In this document: positions 24,083 through 36,400 of the stretch, piece after piece | Numbering within the stretch: position 1 is the first letter of the stretch | Layout of the letters: every line of letters begins with the position of its first letter | DNA from: Bilabrum cf. latius | Lineage: Eukaryota | Direction: 5' to 3' | Length of the DNA: 64,000 bases | Assembly (NCBI GenBank): GCA_965178125.1 | Contig: OZ237767.1 | Span: 1-64,000 of the forward strand | Notes under the pieces: model-generated | The model's input: the letters and a program-made list of their open reading frames with translations, nothing else | Database searches by the model: none | Told to the model about the DNA's origin: nothing | Program-made: the position numbers and the translations under genes

Positions 24083-26743
24083 TCAGCTCAGAGGAGGCGC
24101 CTTGAGCTTCCAGAGCACCGACCCCTGGTACGGCACGACCGACACGTTGATCGACTTCATCCAGCCGTTTGCGTTGAAGCCCCCGACCCACTTGGGGTCC
24201 TGCATGGCGAGCGTTGCCAGCTGTCCGGGCTGCCTGGTCTGCATCTCCGTATGCACGAGGTCACCATACCCGTCCGAGTTTGGGTGCGCCTGGAACTTGT
24301 CCAGTGCGGCTGCACCTCCATCCCCGGCCATCCTGGCCCACAGGCTCCTCATGCCGGCCAGCGCCAGGGACACGTTCGCATGCGCCGGGTAGGTCGCGCT
24401 GGCGTTCGAGGCCCACTCCTGCTCGTGCTGCATGGCCCACCGGGACCAGGCGCTCTCGTTCAGAGGCACACCCGCCTCGTTGGCCTGCACCACCCGGCCC
24501 ACGAACTCCCCCCAGCTGCTGGCGTACAGCGTGCCTGCGATCCCGGCCCACTGCCGCTGGGCGTACGACTGCAGCACGGCCCCAGTCCCCTCCACGGGCC
24601 CCCACAGCGTGATGAGCCACTTGGCGTTGGTCACGTACTGCCTCTCCCTGGCCTGTGCCCCGGCAGACCCTGGACTCTCGCCGGCTGCCTGTGAGACAGC
24701 TGCTGCCATGTCCCTGGCCCCCTGCACCCATGGGCCCAGCATGAACTCGTCACACCCGCTGAGCACTGCGTCGATGTCTTTCACCTGCTCCACCAGCAGG
24801 GCCCCCAGCATCCTCGTGCTCTCGGTCCTGTTCTCGCTGTAGGCCGCCATGGCCATCCCGTACGTGTCCTCGAACCATGTGGTGGCCTCCTGCCGAGTGA
24901 CGTCCACCACATCGCGCAGCAGCATGGGACGGCCCACCCACCAGCTGGCAGAGGCTGCATTCGCTGCACCGGGTCCTCCCCCGTCCCCATCCCCACCGGC
25001 CGGGTGCCCCACCCCGATGGCAGCCGACAGGTTGCGCCAGGCGTCCGTGAGGGCAGACGCGTCATACCAGTACCCGAGGTTGCCTTGGTGCAGCCCCGGG
25101 CGGAACATCCACGCGGCCGTGTCCCTTTGTAGCGTGTAGTTATACACGGCTGTGTGCAGAGCCTCCCAGCCCTGGATCACCAGCTGCCGGGCATCGCTCG
25201 GGACGTCCTGGTCCTGCAGGCCATACCTGGGTGTGACGAACGAATGTAGCAGCCAGTCCCCGATCGCATCTGCAGTGGGCTGCACCTGTTCCCAGCCCAG
25301 GTCCGCCAGCAGCCTGTACATGACTGGGTTGTCGTGGATGCCCTCGGGGGAGGACCCCACGCCCGCCATGCCGCCACCGTGAGAGGTCGCGTTCCCCACG
25401 GCCGCCGCAACATGGGTCAGGTTCCCGAAGATGCCCACGCGCCCGCCCCCGTTGTTGAGCACGCACCACACGAAGTCCTGTCCGAAGAACCCCTCCGTCT
25501 CCTGCCAGATGGGGTACTTGAAGGCAGCCAGGTCCAGCACCAGCATGCGGCCCATGGGTACCCCCGTGACGAATGACTTGATCTGAGGGGGCTTCCAGAA
25601 AGCCGGCTCGAAGGAAAATGCCCACCCCTGGATCACCCACACCGCGTCGGGGTCCACCTCGGCCATTGAACCGAACGTTCGTGAAGCCGCAGAGGCCAGG
25701 AACTCGGTGTCGTTGGACTGCGGCAGCATCTCGTTGTAGCTGTCCGCATTGAACAGGTGCGGGGTCCCCGGCTGCCCTAGCCCACCCATGGTCTGGTTGT
25801 AGAGCCTCAAAAAGTTTTTCTGGATCTGGTCGAATAGAGGGTCCGTTGGCTCGAGGAACCCGTCCTCGGTGAACTGCTCCGGCATGCCCGCCCAGTAGGG
25901 AGACCTCGTGATGTTGGCGTCAGGGAACAAGTCCTGCAGGGCCAGAGGGACGTGCACCGCGAAGGCCGGCATGATGGGCAGGAAGCCGAGGGAGCGAGCG
26001 TGGGCGAGCACCTCCCTGGCCATGCCAGCCTGCCACGAGCGGAAGGCGGGGTCCAGCGGGCCCATCCATCCGCGCATGTTGCCCATGCGGGGCCCACTCC
26101 AGGCCAGGAAGGCAGGGCCGGCGAAGAAGCGCTGCAGCTGCTCCTCGGTGACCCCCAGCGCGGCAAAGACCTCGGCCCACACGAACTCCTGACCCTGGAA
26201 CAGAACCGGGGCGTTGTAGCCCTGCAGGGCGATCACATCTAGCTCGCGGATCCACTCATCAGTGCCCCAGAAGGGCATAGAGTAGGAATGCGCCACGACG
26301 TTGTAGTTGTACCGGATCGAGTGCTTCGCGGTTGTTGCGATCTGCATCGGCGCGCCCGGCAGCGGGGATGCCGGAGTTCCAAGGCAAGCGAGCTGCTTGC
26401 CCGGCCTGTCAACATCGCATCCAACCTTGTGGAGGTAGTCTCCAAGCGCCCTGGCGGCCGCTACCCCAGAGGAAGCGGCAACGATCATTTGGTTCGTTTC
26501 GATCCGGATATCGTAGCTGTCCAGCGGCCGCCCGTTCTGATCGTGACCGTAACCCGTTTGCACGAATGTCAGCCGTACATTGTCAAGCCTGCTGCCTAGC
26601 ACTCTGCGATACAGCGAGGATGCTGCCGTTGAATTTAGAGCCGGGAACTCAGTGTGTCTCGAGGCCTGTTGCGTGCTCAGGCGATTAGCAGCAGTCTGCG
26701 CCGCGTATGCCGCGAAAAGAAACGGGAGAAATTGATGAACCAT
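24083..26743 (-). CDS. NAGLU: Alpha-N-acetylglucosaminidase (GH89)
   Basis: RYNYNVVAHSYSMPFW, GPAFLAWS, FNADSYNEM, VWVIQGW, FVWCVLNNGGG, PEGIHDNPVMY, ITLWGP, YAQRQWAG; hydrophobic N-terminus from ATG 26743; ends TGA. Confidence 0.93.
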   Translation of the reverse strand: MVHQFLPFLFAAYAAQTAANRLSTQQASRHTEFPALNSTAASSLYRRVLGSRLDNVRLTFVQTGYGHDQNGRPLDSYDIRIETNQMIVAASSGVAAARALGDYLHKVGCDVDRPGKQLACLGTPASPLPGAPMQIATTAKHSIRYNYNVVAHSYSMPFWGTDEWIRELDVIALQGYNAPVLFQGQEFVWAEVFAALGVTEEQLQRFFAGPAFLAWSGPRMGNMRGWMGPLDPAFRSWQAGMAREVLAHARSLGFLPIMPAFAVHVPLALQDLFPDANITRSPYWAGMPEQFTEDGFLEPTDPLFDQIQKNFLRLYNQTMGGLGQPGTPHLFNADSYNEMLPQSNDTEFLASAASRTFGSMAEVDPDAVWVIQGWAFSFEPAFWKPPQIKSFVTGVPMGRMLVLDLAAFKYPIWQETEGFFGQDFVWCVLNNGGGRVGIFGNLTHVAAAVGNATSHGGGMAGVGSSPEGIHDNPVMYRLLADLGWEQVQPTADAIGDWLLHSFVTPRYGLQDQDVPSDARQLVIQGWEALHTAVYNYTLQRDTAAWMFRPGLHQGNLGYWYDASALTDAWRNLSAAIGVGHPAGGDGDGGGPGAANAASASWWVGRPMLLRDVVDVTRQEATTWFEDTYGMAMAAYSENRTESTRMLGALLVEQVKDIDAVLSGCDEFMLGPWVQGARDMAAAVSQAAGESPGSAGAQARERQYVTNAKWLITLWGPVEGTGAVLQSYAQRQWAGIAGTLYASSWGEFVGRVVQANEAGVPLNESAWSRWAMQHEQEWASNASATYPAHANVSLALAGMRSLWARMAGDGGAAALDKFQAHPNSDGYGDLVHTEMQTRQPGQLATLAMQDPKWVGGFNANGWMKSINVSVVPYQGSVLWKLKAPPLS

Positions 26744-26903
26744 AGGGAACAGGTCGTGGATGCCCTGAGAACGAGCAGAAGACGGCGGAAAATGCCAACA
26801 GAAGACCACAGGGCGATCTTGCGACCATAATGATACACCAGAACCCAAGGTGAATAATCCGATTCTTGGCCTGTTCAACAACCAACTAGACAACATGAAC
26901 GAC

Positions 26904-28340
26904 TCAAACCATTTCTGTGAGCCGGGCCTACGACGAGGATTGGTGCAAGCCGCTGGTTGCTGCGCCGTTGGGAAGGTCCTGCCTACCTCCACCACTGCCA
27001 CCATTTTGGCTGCCTTGAAGCGCCTCGCCCACGCCCGTCTTTTCCGACCCTTCGCCTTCCCGCCTTTCGTCCGCCTTACCTCCCTACTCCTCTTTGTCCT
27101 CGTCCTGGTCCTGGTCCTCCCCTCCCGCCTGGGGCCACTGAGGCATGCCCGCCATCCGCACGGCAATCAGGGCGTCCAAAATGATCTGCACGAAGTGTGA
27201 CAGGATGCAGGGAATCACCAGCAGACCGGGGGGCCCTGCCGCAGTCTCCCCCAGCGCCTCGATCACGGCAACTGCCGTTCCCAGCGTCTTCTGCGAGGCG
27301 CACAGCACAACGGCCTTCCGCTCCGGCGCCTTGGCAGGCAGCCAGGTTGCAACCGCGGCGTAGTTCAGCACGAGCATCACCAGGTGCAGCGTGATGCCCA
27401 GCAGGGCCACGTATACCAGATCAGCCGCGCTCACCGCCTTGAAATCCTCTTCGGCCTGTGACACCTTGACCCACGGTATGAGCACCAGCAGCACGGAGGA
27501 CCCCACCTTGATGTACGGCTTGAGGGCCTTCACCAGGGCAGGCACACCGGGGATGAACTGGAGCAGCTTACCCACCACCACGGGCAGGAATATGGTCAGC
27601 AGCAGCCGCAGCAGCAGCGCACCCGCGTCGATGCTTGCCTGCCCCCCCTCGTCTGCCTGGCCTCCGGTAGCCGTGCCGTTGGCGGTGCCGTTGGCTGCAG
27701 CATCATGCTGGTCGCCACTATCGTCGGTCACATCCACCAGAGTGGCCTGCAGCCAAAAAGGGGCCGTCACTGTGGCAAGCACATTGGTCACCACGCTGAA
27801 GAGCAGCGCCAGCGCCACGTTTCCCTTGGCCTGGCCCGTCAGGACAGCGCAAGAGGATATCGTCGTGGGCATGGCGGCGAACAGAGCGAGGCCATTTGCA
27901 AACGTTCGTTCATCCAGCGGGATGGCGGAGAGCGCGAATCCGAGCAGCGGGCTGAGGCCTAGGATGAACACCGTGCCCCACAGGGCCGATGGCCAGGACT
28001 GCAGGGCCTCGAGCACCTCGTCTGTCTTTAGCTACAGACCCGACACTAAGAAAATCCCTACCACGCAAATTGTAGTGAGAGGTGTATCGCCAAAGAATTG
28101 GCCAGGGTCGGGGACGAGGGCACCAAACACTACCAAAATGACGAGCAGCGCAGGAAGGTGCCACTTGAGCAGGTTTGCGCACACGCAATCCCACGTGCTG
28201 ACTGGTTCCTTTGTTCGGCTCTGATTCCCGCCTTGCCTTTCGGAATCGGCCTAGTCTTGCCTTGACTCAAGGGGCTCATCCCCGCTTGAGACTTGTTGAT
28301 CCACGTCGTCGCCAGTCTTTGCCTCGTTCCGTGAGTCCAT
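26904..28340 (-). CDS. Bile acid:Na+ symporter (BASS/SBF-like) family transporter (TAG read as sense)
   Basis: FLVSGL*LKTDE, MPTTISSCAVLTGQAKGN, CASQKTL, PCILSHFVQ; ATG 28340 to TGA 26904 with TAGs at 28251, 28032, 27084, 26928. Confidence 0.88.
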
Positions 28341-28671
28341 TGAACTAATCTCCGTTTCAATATCGTGCTATTATGTATCGAATCAACACCGCGCAAGTAT
28401 ATAGCGATGGAAGGAGTTTACGTCCTCTCTGTGAGGGCATCCGATTCGTTGTCGTCGCGAGCCTCCCTGAGGACCCTCATTTCCGGCTTCACACGGTGGC
28501 TGCCGGAGTCCAGGCGGGGCGCTCCGCTCCCTGCATCCTGTTTGCAGAGCTAGTCAACAAGGCAGTACAAGGTATTCAGATTCAGTCTGTACCTATCTGC
28601 CACGTTTCACTTTCGGACCGATTTTTTGTTTGGATTCATTCGGCAGAGCCATCGACAACGGCTCCGAAAAG

Positions 28672-31600
28672 ATGGGACAGAGGCTTACCGCGGCATGGCG
28701 CTATCTGGTACCGGAGCTTACCGACGAAACTGCCACTGTAGATCATCCCGTATACATTGCCACATCGTGCGACCCCTTTGGTGTGTGCTTCTACTACAAG
28801 CCATTCCTGCCACAGAATGTGCTGCCGCTACATGTTTGGCAAAAGCTGTGCAAGGATGCTCAACAAGTAGGAATAGGAACAAGGCAGCTGCAAGAGCTTT
28901 TGATGTTATTGTGTAGATCTGATGAACCCTCGTGGGGCACTCTGCGCCTTGTGACCATGCTGCGATTCGTGGACCCCAGGTGCAGGCGGGTGCTCATGCG
29001 GCTGCTTCGAGTGGCAGCGAGGAGGGGCGAGCGCAGGATTATGTACGAAGACGCGGTTCGGCTGCTCGTAGACCTGGGAGCGCTTGATTTCTAGCAGCTG
29101 ATAGAGGCCTGCGTCCAGGTCACACTCAAGCGCAGCCTCATCGACGTGGCCGGCGTCCGCGCATGCATCCGCTTCCAGGCCACCGACGAGCTGGGCCCCT
29201 TTGCCCGCATGGTGCTGTCTAGGATGGACTCTGAGATGGTGGGGGCTCAGCACACCATGGAAGCTGCGGTGCATATCTTCTTGCGGTACCCAGTGCTGGC
29301 CCACCCCTTCCTGCTCCTGCAGCGGGGCATCCAGAAGAGGACGCTGGGGTTTAGGTTCTGGACCAACTACCACACCAGGCAGCGCTCTTTGCTCCTGAGA
29401 CCCGAGTTCTCGATCGCCGACCTGCGAGCCATGACAGCCCGCGTGCTGCTCATAGAGGCCGTTTCGGAGCTGGCGCACCCCTTCCTGTTCGGGTCTGCCA
29501 GCACACTTGCTGTCACGGAAGATGGCACTGTTGTGCACGCGGGCGCCGCGCGCGGCAGCGGAACCTCTCGAGCTGGCTCCGTATCCGGTAAATCCTCCGT
29601 CCGCTCACAAGAGGCCGGACCCGTGATCGATGCCGGTGATTTGCCCTACGGCGCCGATGATGCTCTGCAAGGGGGGCGGGGCGGAGGACACGGCAGCTCG
29701 GGTGCCGTTCGTGGTGGTAGGCCAGTCGACGTGTCACACGTGGGTCTGAGTGGCGGCTCGAGTGAAGGCGCTCTCGTGGTTGCGGGGCCATCAGTGGTGC
29801 AGCGGACTGCGTCCCCTGCTGGGCCGTCTCAATCGATCTCGAATGCCGGTGGAGATACCGGTGGAGGCGCGGGAGGGAGTCAGGCAGCCAAGCACACCCA
29901 CGCGCAGCTTGTCGTCTCTCGGCCGGGAACGGGAGCAGAGGGAACAAGCATGAGTTCTGGCCTCGTGTCATACTCACAGACCTCCCAGCCGACCTGGGAC
30001 TTGGACCTGCACAGGGAGTCGATCGCATCCGCAGGGGCGTTGGGCCAGCTCGCCGCCGTGGACAAGCGGACAATCTTGCCGCCGGTCGTTGTCAGCCTGC
30101 CGCAGCCCCCGCGCCTGCAAGCCATCGCTGGAGATGCCTCATGGGCAAATAAACACCCACCGCCGCACGGATCAGCCGCGGATTTCGCGCTCACGTCGAT
30201 GCAGATCGCCCGTCGCGTGCTCATGCACGCCACTGCCAACCTCTCCTCCCCCGATCACCTGGTTGAAAAGACGCCTTGCCTGCTGTGCCAGCGGGAGATG
30301 AGGACGCTGAAGAGCGCACGATTCAGAAGAGGCAGCGGCACATCTGCAGGGGGGTCAGGGAAGAAGGCTCGGTCCCGGTCCCGCCGCAGGAGCAGCGCCT
30401 TGGATCTGCTCGTGGCGCAGGACAGGATGAGGGAGGGCAAGTCGCAGCGAGCGGGGGGTGGGGAGGCGCTTGCAAGGCTGTAGGCCAGCAACGGGGACTA
30501 GAATACAAATGGAATGCAGGCGCTGCCACAAGGTGGCTTCCCAGGTGTGGGGGGTTTGCAGCCGCAGCAAGTCTAGCAGCAACCGATTGCTACATATATG
30601 CACGGCGGGAGGAAGAAGCGGCTCGTGTGGAAATGGAGGGACCCGAGGCAAGGCTTCAGCGCGCGGCTGTCACGGAAGCGAGTGGCCAAAGGCGCAGTAG
30701 CCAGGACAGGGGAGAGCATGGCAGGCCAGCCGCGCATGCAGGTGGCAGTGGCCACGGACCGGCACATGGAGAGGCCAGAGAGCGAGATTGAGGACGGGTT
30801 CTCATTTGAGCTAGAGTCCAAGTCTGTCGATGAGCAAGACCAGCGGGAGTCCAAGTCTGTCGATGAGCAAGACCAGCGGGAGTCCAAGTCTGTCGATGAG
30901 CAAGACCAGCGGGAGTCCAAGTCTGTCGATGAGCAAGACCAGCGGGAGTCCAAGTCTGTCGATGAGCAAGACCAGCGGGAGTCCAAGTCTGTCGATGAGC
31001 AAGACCAGCGGGAGTCCAAGGTTGGCAGCAAAGAGCAGCCTGACCATCCATAGGATACCATGGGTGCGGCCAGTGGGCCCAAGCTGGTTGCGAGCGATGG
31101 TAGTCAAGAGGATGTGTTTGCAGAGGAACACAGCCCCGGCTCTGCGGAAGCCATTGTCAGTCGAGGGCAGAATGGTGCTGCGCAGCTCGCGGATACCTAG
31201 TTGTAGGGCGATTTACCCAGGTCAGTTCCATCTCTGGATGGCGAGTCTATACCGGCCGACATGCAACTTGCGGCAACTGACGAAGCCACCAGTCTCGGCT
31301 CTGAGAAACCGGCGGGGAGTTTTGACGAAGGGAACCTTAATGAAGAGTCGTTTGTACCGGTTCGATCATCGCAAGGACAGGACCTTGATGGAAGCCAAGC
31401 ATAGAAACTTGATCGATACCATAGGCGAGGGGGTCAAGCGGACGAGGGCGAGGCTGCCGGCGCTGCCAGTAGCTTGTCTCGCATTCCCCAAACCGCATCG
31501 GTAGCACCGAACATAGACTCACACCAGCTTTTCGACGTTGTCGTTCATCCCCCGGAGGAGAGGTCGGGCCTGCATGCCAGTAATGATTTCGAACTACCTG

Positions 31601-32061
31601 TCGAGGCTGGGTTGCAGGAGCGGCCAGAGCCCCAGCACAGGCCGAAGCCTGCTGCCCCACCGCCCTTTAAGGACCCTAGGCCGGTGAATCTGTCTGGGTC
31701 TGGATTTTGCGGAGAGTGTGAGGCATATCTACACGGGGCTATGGCGGACTAGTTCGGGTTCAAGCTGGCCAAGCAAGTCCTTGAGGCGTGCGTGGTGCCC
31801 CAGCGCACGTCCAAGCTGCTGGACAAGTTCGATGCTCACGCACAGCTAGAGCAGCAGCCTCTGGTGCAAAGAAGGTAGCAGCAAGCAGAGGCAAGCTCGC
31901 AGTCGGGCACTCGTGCATAGTTCCAGTTCAAGGACGCGCACTGGATCCAGCTGTTCGACGACCACAGCGAGGAGTTCTTCTACCACGACGTCACCACGGG
32001 GCGCTCTTAGTGGGAGAAGCCGGCTCGATTCAAGCCCTTCGATATGCAGCATTTGTCATAA
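28672..32061 (+). CDS. ~1130-aa protein with C-terminal WW domain (TAG read as sense)
   Basis: One frame with 12 TAGs (29092, 30481, 30499, 30574, 31051, 31198, 31204, 31402, 31750, 31876, 31918, 32008); WIQLFDDHSEEFFYHDVTTGRS*WEKP; ends TAA 32059. Confidence 0.82.
30813..31020 (+). repeat. Coding 33-bp tandem repeat x6 (ESKSVDEQDQR)
   Basis: Perfect DNA repeats. Confidence 0.92.
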
Positions 32062-32274
32062 AATACCACGATTCGATTTCTTGCCAGCACAGACCCATCA
32101 TCGATCCACAAGGATGCGAGCACGCCCCGTACCGGCGTGAATTCCGTGACAGACTTTTGCAGTATGTGTGCGTCTTGCGATCAATATAGCGCGAGAAGAG
32201 AACATCTATATGGCAGAGCAATCACGCAGCTGCATCGTCAATACAGCTACGCCTGTGTGCAGGTAAACCGCCAG

Positions 32275-33288
32275 TCAGCCGGCCAGTCGGCTGGCTGTTG
32301 CCTGCAGCGCCTCAAACCACGCGTCCCACTGCTGGTCGGGCGGCACCAGGGCTTCGGCCTCTTTCCCTGCGGCAGCCGGCCAGCTGAGCACGATCTGCCG
32401 CTTGCCCTCGGGCGACCTCCGCTCGCTCACCTGTGCGCCCCCAGCCAGCTCTACCTGCCCTTTAGGAATCACAGCCCAGGGCTGTCTCCAAGCCCGCTCC
32501 ATGTCGGCCCCTGTGGTGTACCAACGCAAGAAGGGTCCGTCCAGCACGAAGAACCGCTCCACTGGCCGCTTGAGAGCACCAACGCCCAGCGAGAATCCAC
32601 CGAGCTTCACCATCGGGCCCCGCATCCCCCGCGAAGCAAATTTAATCTGCTTCAGCAAAGAGCTACCGTGCGTACTACTGTCAGAGTGGGAGGCGCTTGC
32701 CCTCTCTGCAGCACGAGCCGATTGCGGAGGGACGCTGCCGCCGCTCGATGCAGTCGAGGAAGCTGCGGTGCCACCAGTGGCGGCTGCAAGAACCGAGCGG
32801 TTCGGCACCACTGCCCGTGATGACGACGCATGATATGGGCTGCCTAAAGCCGGGCTAGATCGCCCACTAGATACCACTGTGGATGCCTTGTGCTGTGCTG
32901 CAGACAGCGTCGCCCGGGCCGGCGAGGAGGGCCGCTGGGCCTGTACCGACGTGGCAAATGGGTTCCCTGGTGGAGCTTGCGAATTCTCTCCACTGCGTCT
33001 ACTTGGCTGCGACTTGCTTGGACCATTCGATGGAGGCATGCTGATTGATTGAGTTGAGAATGGGTTTCCAGGTGCTGGCGACTGTGCGGGCTTCGGCCGT
33101 GTGTCTTGGGTTGCCACTCCGGACAAATTGGATGTAGCTGCAGCTGCAGCGCCACCAGGTCCCCCTTCGAATGGGTTACCAGGCGACACGTTCGGCTGGA
33201 CGGCCGCCGTGGGCTTTGCGTCCCCGAACGGGTTACCAGGGGCAGCTGTCGTGCTTGCGCTTGCAAATGGGTTTCCTGGGGTCGCCAT
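32275..33288 (-). CDS. PH-domain protein with five N-terminal PGNPF motifs (putative endocytic adaptor)
   Basis: MRGPMVKLG...ERFFVLDGPFLRWY...PKGQVEL...WFEALQ; NPF motifs are EH-domain ligands; ends TGA. Confidence 0.8.
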   Translation of the reverse strand: MATPGNPFASASTTAAPGNPFGDAKPTAAVQPNVSPGNPFEGGPGGAAAAATSNLSGVATQDTRPKPAQSPAPGNPFSTQSISMPPSNGPSKSQPSRRSGENSQAPPGNPFATSVQAQRPSSPARATLSAAQHKASTVVSSGRSSPALGSPYHASSSRAVVPNRSVLAAATGGTAASSTASSGGSVPPQSARAAERASASHSDSSTHGSSLLKQIKFASRGMRGPMVKLGGFSLGVGALKRPVERFFVLDGPFLRWYTTGADMERAWRQPWAVIPKGQVELAGGAQVSERRSPEGKRQIVLSWPAAAGKEAEALVPPDQQWDAWFEALQATASRLAG

Positions 33289-33488
33289 TGTCTCAAATAC
33301 TATTTATATCCCCCATGGTTGGTTAACGTGTGCTGCGGGGAGATACCTATCAGTAAGTTTCGAAGGTATTGGTCATGTGGCGCAGGTTGAACCGGAACTG
33401 ATCCATCTGCAGCAGTGGCCAACATATTGCATAGAATAAATTAACGTGGCAAACTTTATTTGCTATCGAACAAATGTGCTCTTTCTAA

Positions 33489-36400
33489 TCAATTCCATCG
33501 GCTGCTTCTAGCAGCTGGCTGCGCGCCGTACTGCCCTTGCATCGGCTGCTGCATGCCTGGCACGCCGTGCATGGGAACCGGCGCCTGCCCCTGGCCAGGC
33601 ATAGGAGCAGGCTGTCCCATCCCTGCATACCCTGGAGGCCCACCAGCACCAGGTGGTATCCCCGCCCCGGGCCCGTACCCGCCCATGGGCGCCGCCGCCG
33701 CTCCCACCCCCGGCCCCGACGAGCCCCAACGAGACCCCCCAGCCGGAGGCATGCCAGCGGCAGCTGCGGAACTCGCAGACGTGGGCGCCGCGCTTCCCCA
33801 GCGCGAAGAACCCCCTGGGGCAGCAGCAGGTGCCGCTGCCGCTCCCCACCGAGACCCGCCCCTTGCCGCCACTTGGCTGCTGCTCCCAGCCGCCGGGGGA
33901 GCTTCAGCTGCTGCTGCTGCCGCCTGGCTGGTTTGGTCCTTCGGGGGCCATGGCTTGAGGCACCGCTTCTTGAAGTCCCTGATCAAAGAGGACACCGTGG
34001 GCGAGACCACGCCCCTCCACTTGAACCCATCGGGATACAGGCTCACCGCGTCGCGCATCACCCTGCCAGACCGGCTGGCGACGAATGAGATCTAGTAATA
34101 CCCGGGCCGCTTGGTCATGGGCGAGAGGAGATAGGCCACTCGCTTGGGCTCCCTCTCGCGCATGTCACGAAGCATGCCGTCCACCACGCCCTCCTGCGCT
34201 GGCCTGAACTTGGGGCTCGCGGAGAGCTGCTGGTACTTCTGCCGGATGGCGTCCAGGTAGAGCACCAGCACCTCCTCAAGCGAGCTGTACTTGTTCCCCC
34301 GCACCTCCAGGGTTCTCCCCAGAGACAAGGGCCCCTTGCTCGGGTCTTTGTTGTGCTCCAGCACATCCACGTGGCAGCAGGGGCCCTCGGCCAGCTTGTA
34401 AGTCAGGGTCAGCCGGTCCGTGCCAGTGCTCGAGGGGCGGAAGAGGCCCTCGAAGGCGGGCCCGCTCTGCAGCTCCTCCTCGACCGACTCCCTGCTCGCG
34501 TTGCGGAAGGCGTGGTGCCCGATGGCGCGCGTGCGGGTGCCGGTCCCGCCGGGGAGCGCCTGTCCCGAGGCGGCAGCAGCTGCGATCTGCCTCTGCTTGA
34601 GCTGCTTCCTCACGGCCTCCATCGCCCACTCCGTGTCAACGTACCGGTCGCAGATGGGCAGGGGCGGCGGCATGCGCATCATCTCTGGCTTCACGGATAC
34701 CATGATCCTCCGCATCACCCGGTCGATGCCGATGACCCGCACTGGGATGGTCGTGTCCCGCTGCAGCATGGCCTGGATGTCCTCCCCGCGAGCCGCCGCC
34801 TGGGTCAGCTCGTCGGGCAGCTGGTCCATCCCGCACTCGGCGCGGATCCTGTCCCGGAACCGCAGCTGCAGCCCACTGCGGCGCGCAGACACCACAACGG
34901 CAGAGTCAACCACTCCGGGCCGCAGGGAGGCTGCTGTCTCTCCCGTCAGCCAGCGGAAGATGGCGGCGTTGCTGGGCGGTGTGTAGGGGTCCCTGCTGGC
35001 CCCGTAGGGCCTCCTGAGCTCCCCCTTGATCCTCTCCAGCAGCCGGAGGAAAGACTGCCTGCCCTTGCTCTGCAGGTCCTACGCGAAGGACGGGAGGTCC
35101 ATCTCCTCCAGCGTGTCACGGGGCTCTGCCACCATCCACACGGACCCAATCGGCTGCTCCGGGTTCTTCGCTTCGGCCTCTTTTTGTTCCCTCGACTTGA
35201 GAAAGCCGAGGTCTCCGCCCAGGTGCACCGCAGACGTGCCGTTGCACACGCCCTCGGCCCCGCACCTGCCGCTCTCCTCGGACCACTGTAGCCTCACCAG
35301 AGCCTCGGCTGGGCTCCAGGCCTCGTGCGGCCAGCAGGCCGACCCCTGTCTTAGCCTCCATCCCACCGCCACCGCGCTCTTGCTCACGGCCGCAGGGTTG
35401 GACACGACCTGCCTGGCCCAGTTCTGCAGCACCCTCTGCGCCCTGGACACGGTCCCCCGCAGCACATCCCTGCACCCCATGGGGTGGTGCGCCACGACCT
35501 AGGACCCGTCCCCGCCCACCAGCGGGTCGTACTCCCTCCCTTGTTCCCTAGCGTCCTCGAGGCCCAGCTGGTCCGCCGCAACGGCCATCTGCACGCACTG
35601 GTCATAGTGGCGCGGGTGCACCCTGAGCGCGTCAAGCGGGTGCGGGTCTGTGCTGAGCATGGTGCGGCGGGCCGAGCGGAGGGCCGCGCGGCGGCGGGCG
35701 ACGGCCGCATCGTCGCGCAGCTCCAAGCCGCGCTCCGTGCCCCCCTCCGCCGCAAGCGCGTCCAGGTAGTCGTCGTCCGCGCCCTCTCCCAGCTCATCCG
35801 GCCGGGCCAGGACCTCGTCTGCCTCCAGACCTACTTGCCCCCCTTCGTCCTCAACGTGCGCATCCGCATCCCCGTCGTCGAAGATCCTGTCCCAGCCCTC
35901 CCCCGCCCCTGCGGCCTCCGCCTCCTCGTCCGCAGCTGCTGCCTCGTGCAGCCGGCCCAGCCGCTTGGATGCCGCCACACCGGCGGCGCCAGCGAACCCG
36001 ACGCACTCGATCATGCAAGAGGCCCGGAGCGCAGACCCGAGGGACCGGGGAAAGCACAGGAAGGGGGCCGCGTTGGCCCATACCCGCCTAGGGAGCACAT
36101 GGTGCCGCAGGAGAGCCGCCCGCGAGTGCAGGCGACCGGCCGCTGCGGCCCCCCCACCGGCGCTCATCTGGCTCACGATGGCCCTCGCCTTCCTGGGGCC
36201 CAGACCGGGCACGAACTGCAGCGCGGGCACCAGGTGCTCCCTCTTGCTGACCGCGTGCAGGTCCACGCCGGCGCACGCGACGCTCTCCACCATGGCGCGC
36301 TCGCCCGCCAGCTGCAGCGCCGTTGCGGGCAGCAGGTGCTGGCACTCAGTCAGCCTAAGCGCCCTCAGGTCCTCGCTAACAGATGCAATGCCTGCCGTGC

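Noticed and set aside
26744-27166. 141-aa N-terminal extension of the NAGLU ORF
   Set aside because: It overlaps the BASS 3' end in another frame; the signal-like sequence starts at ATG 26743
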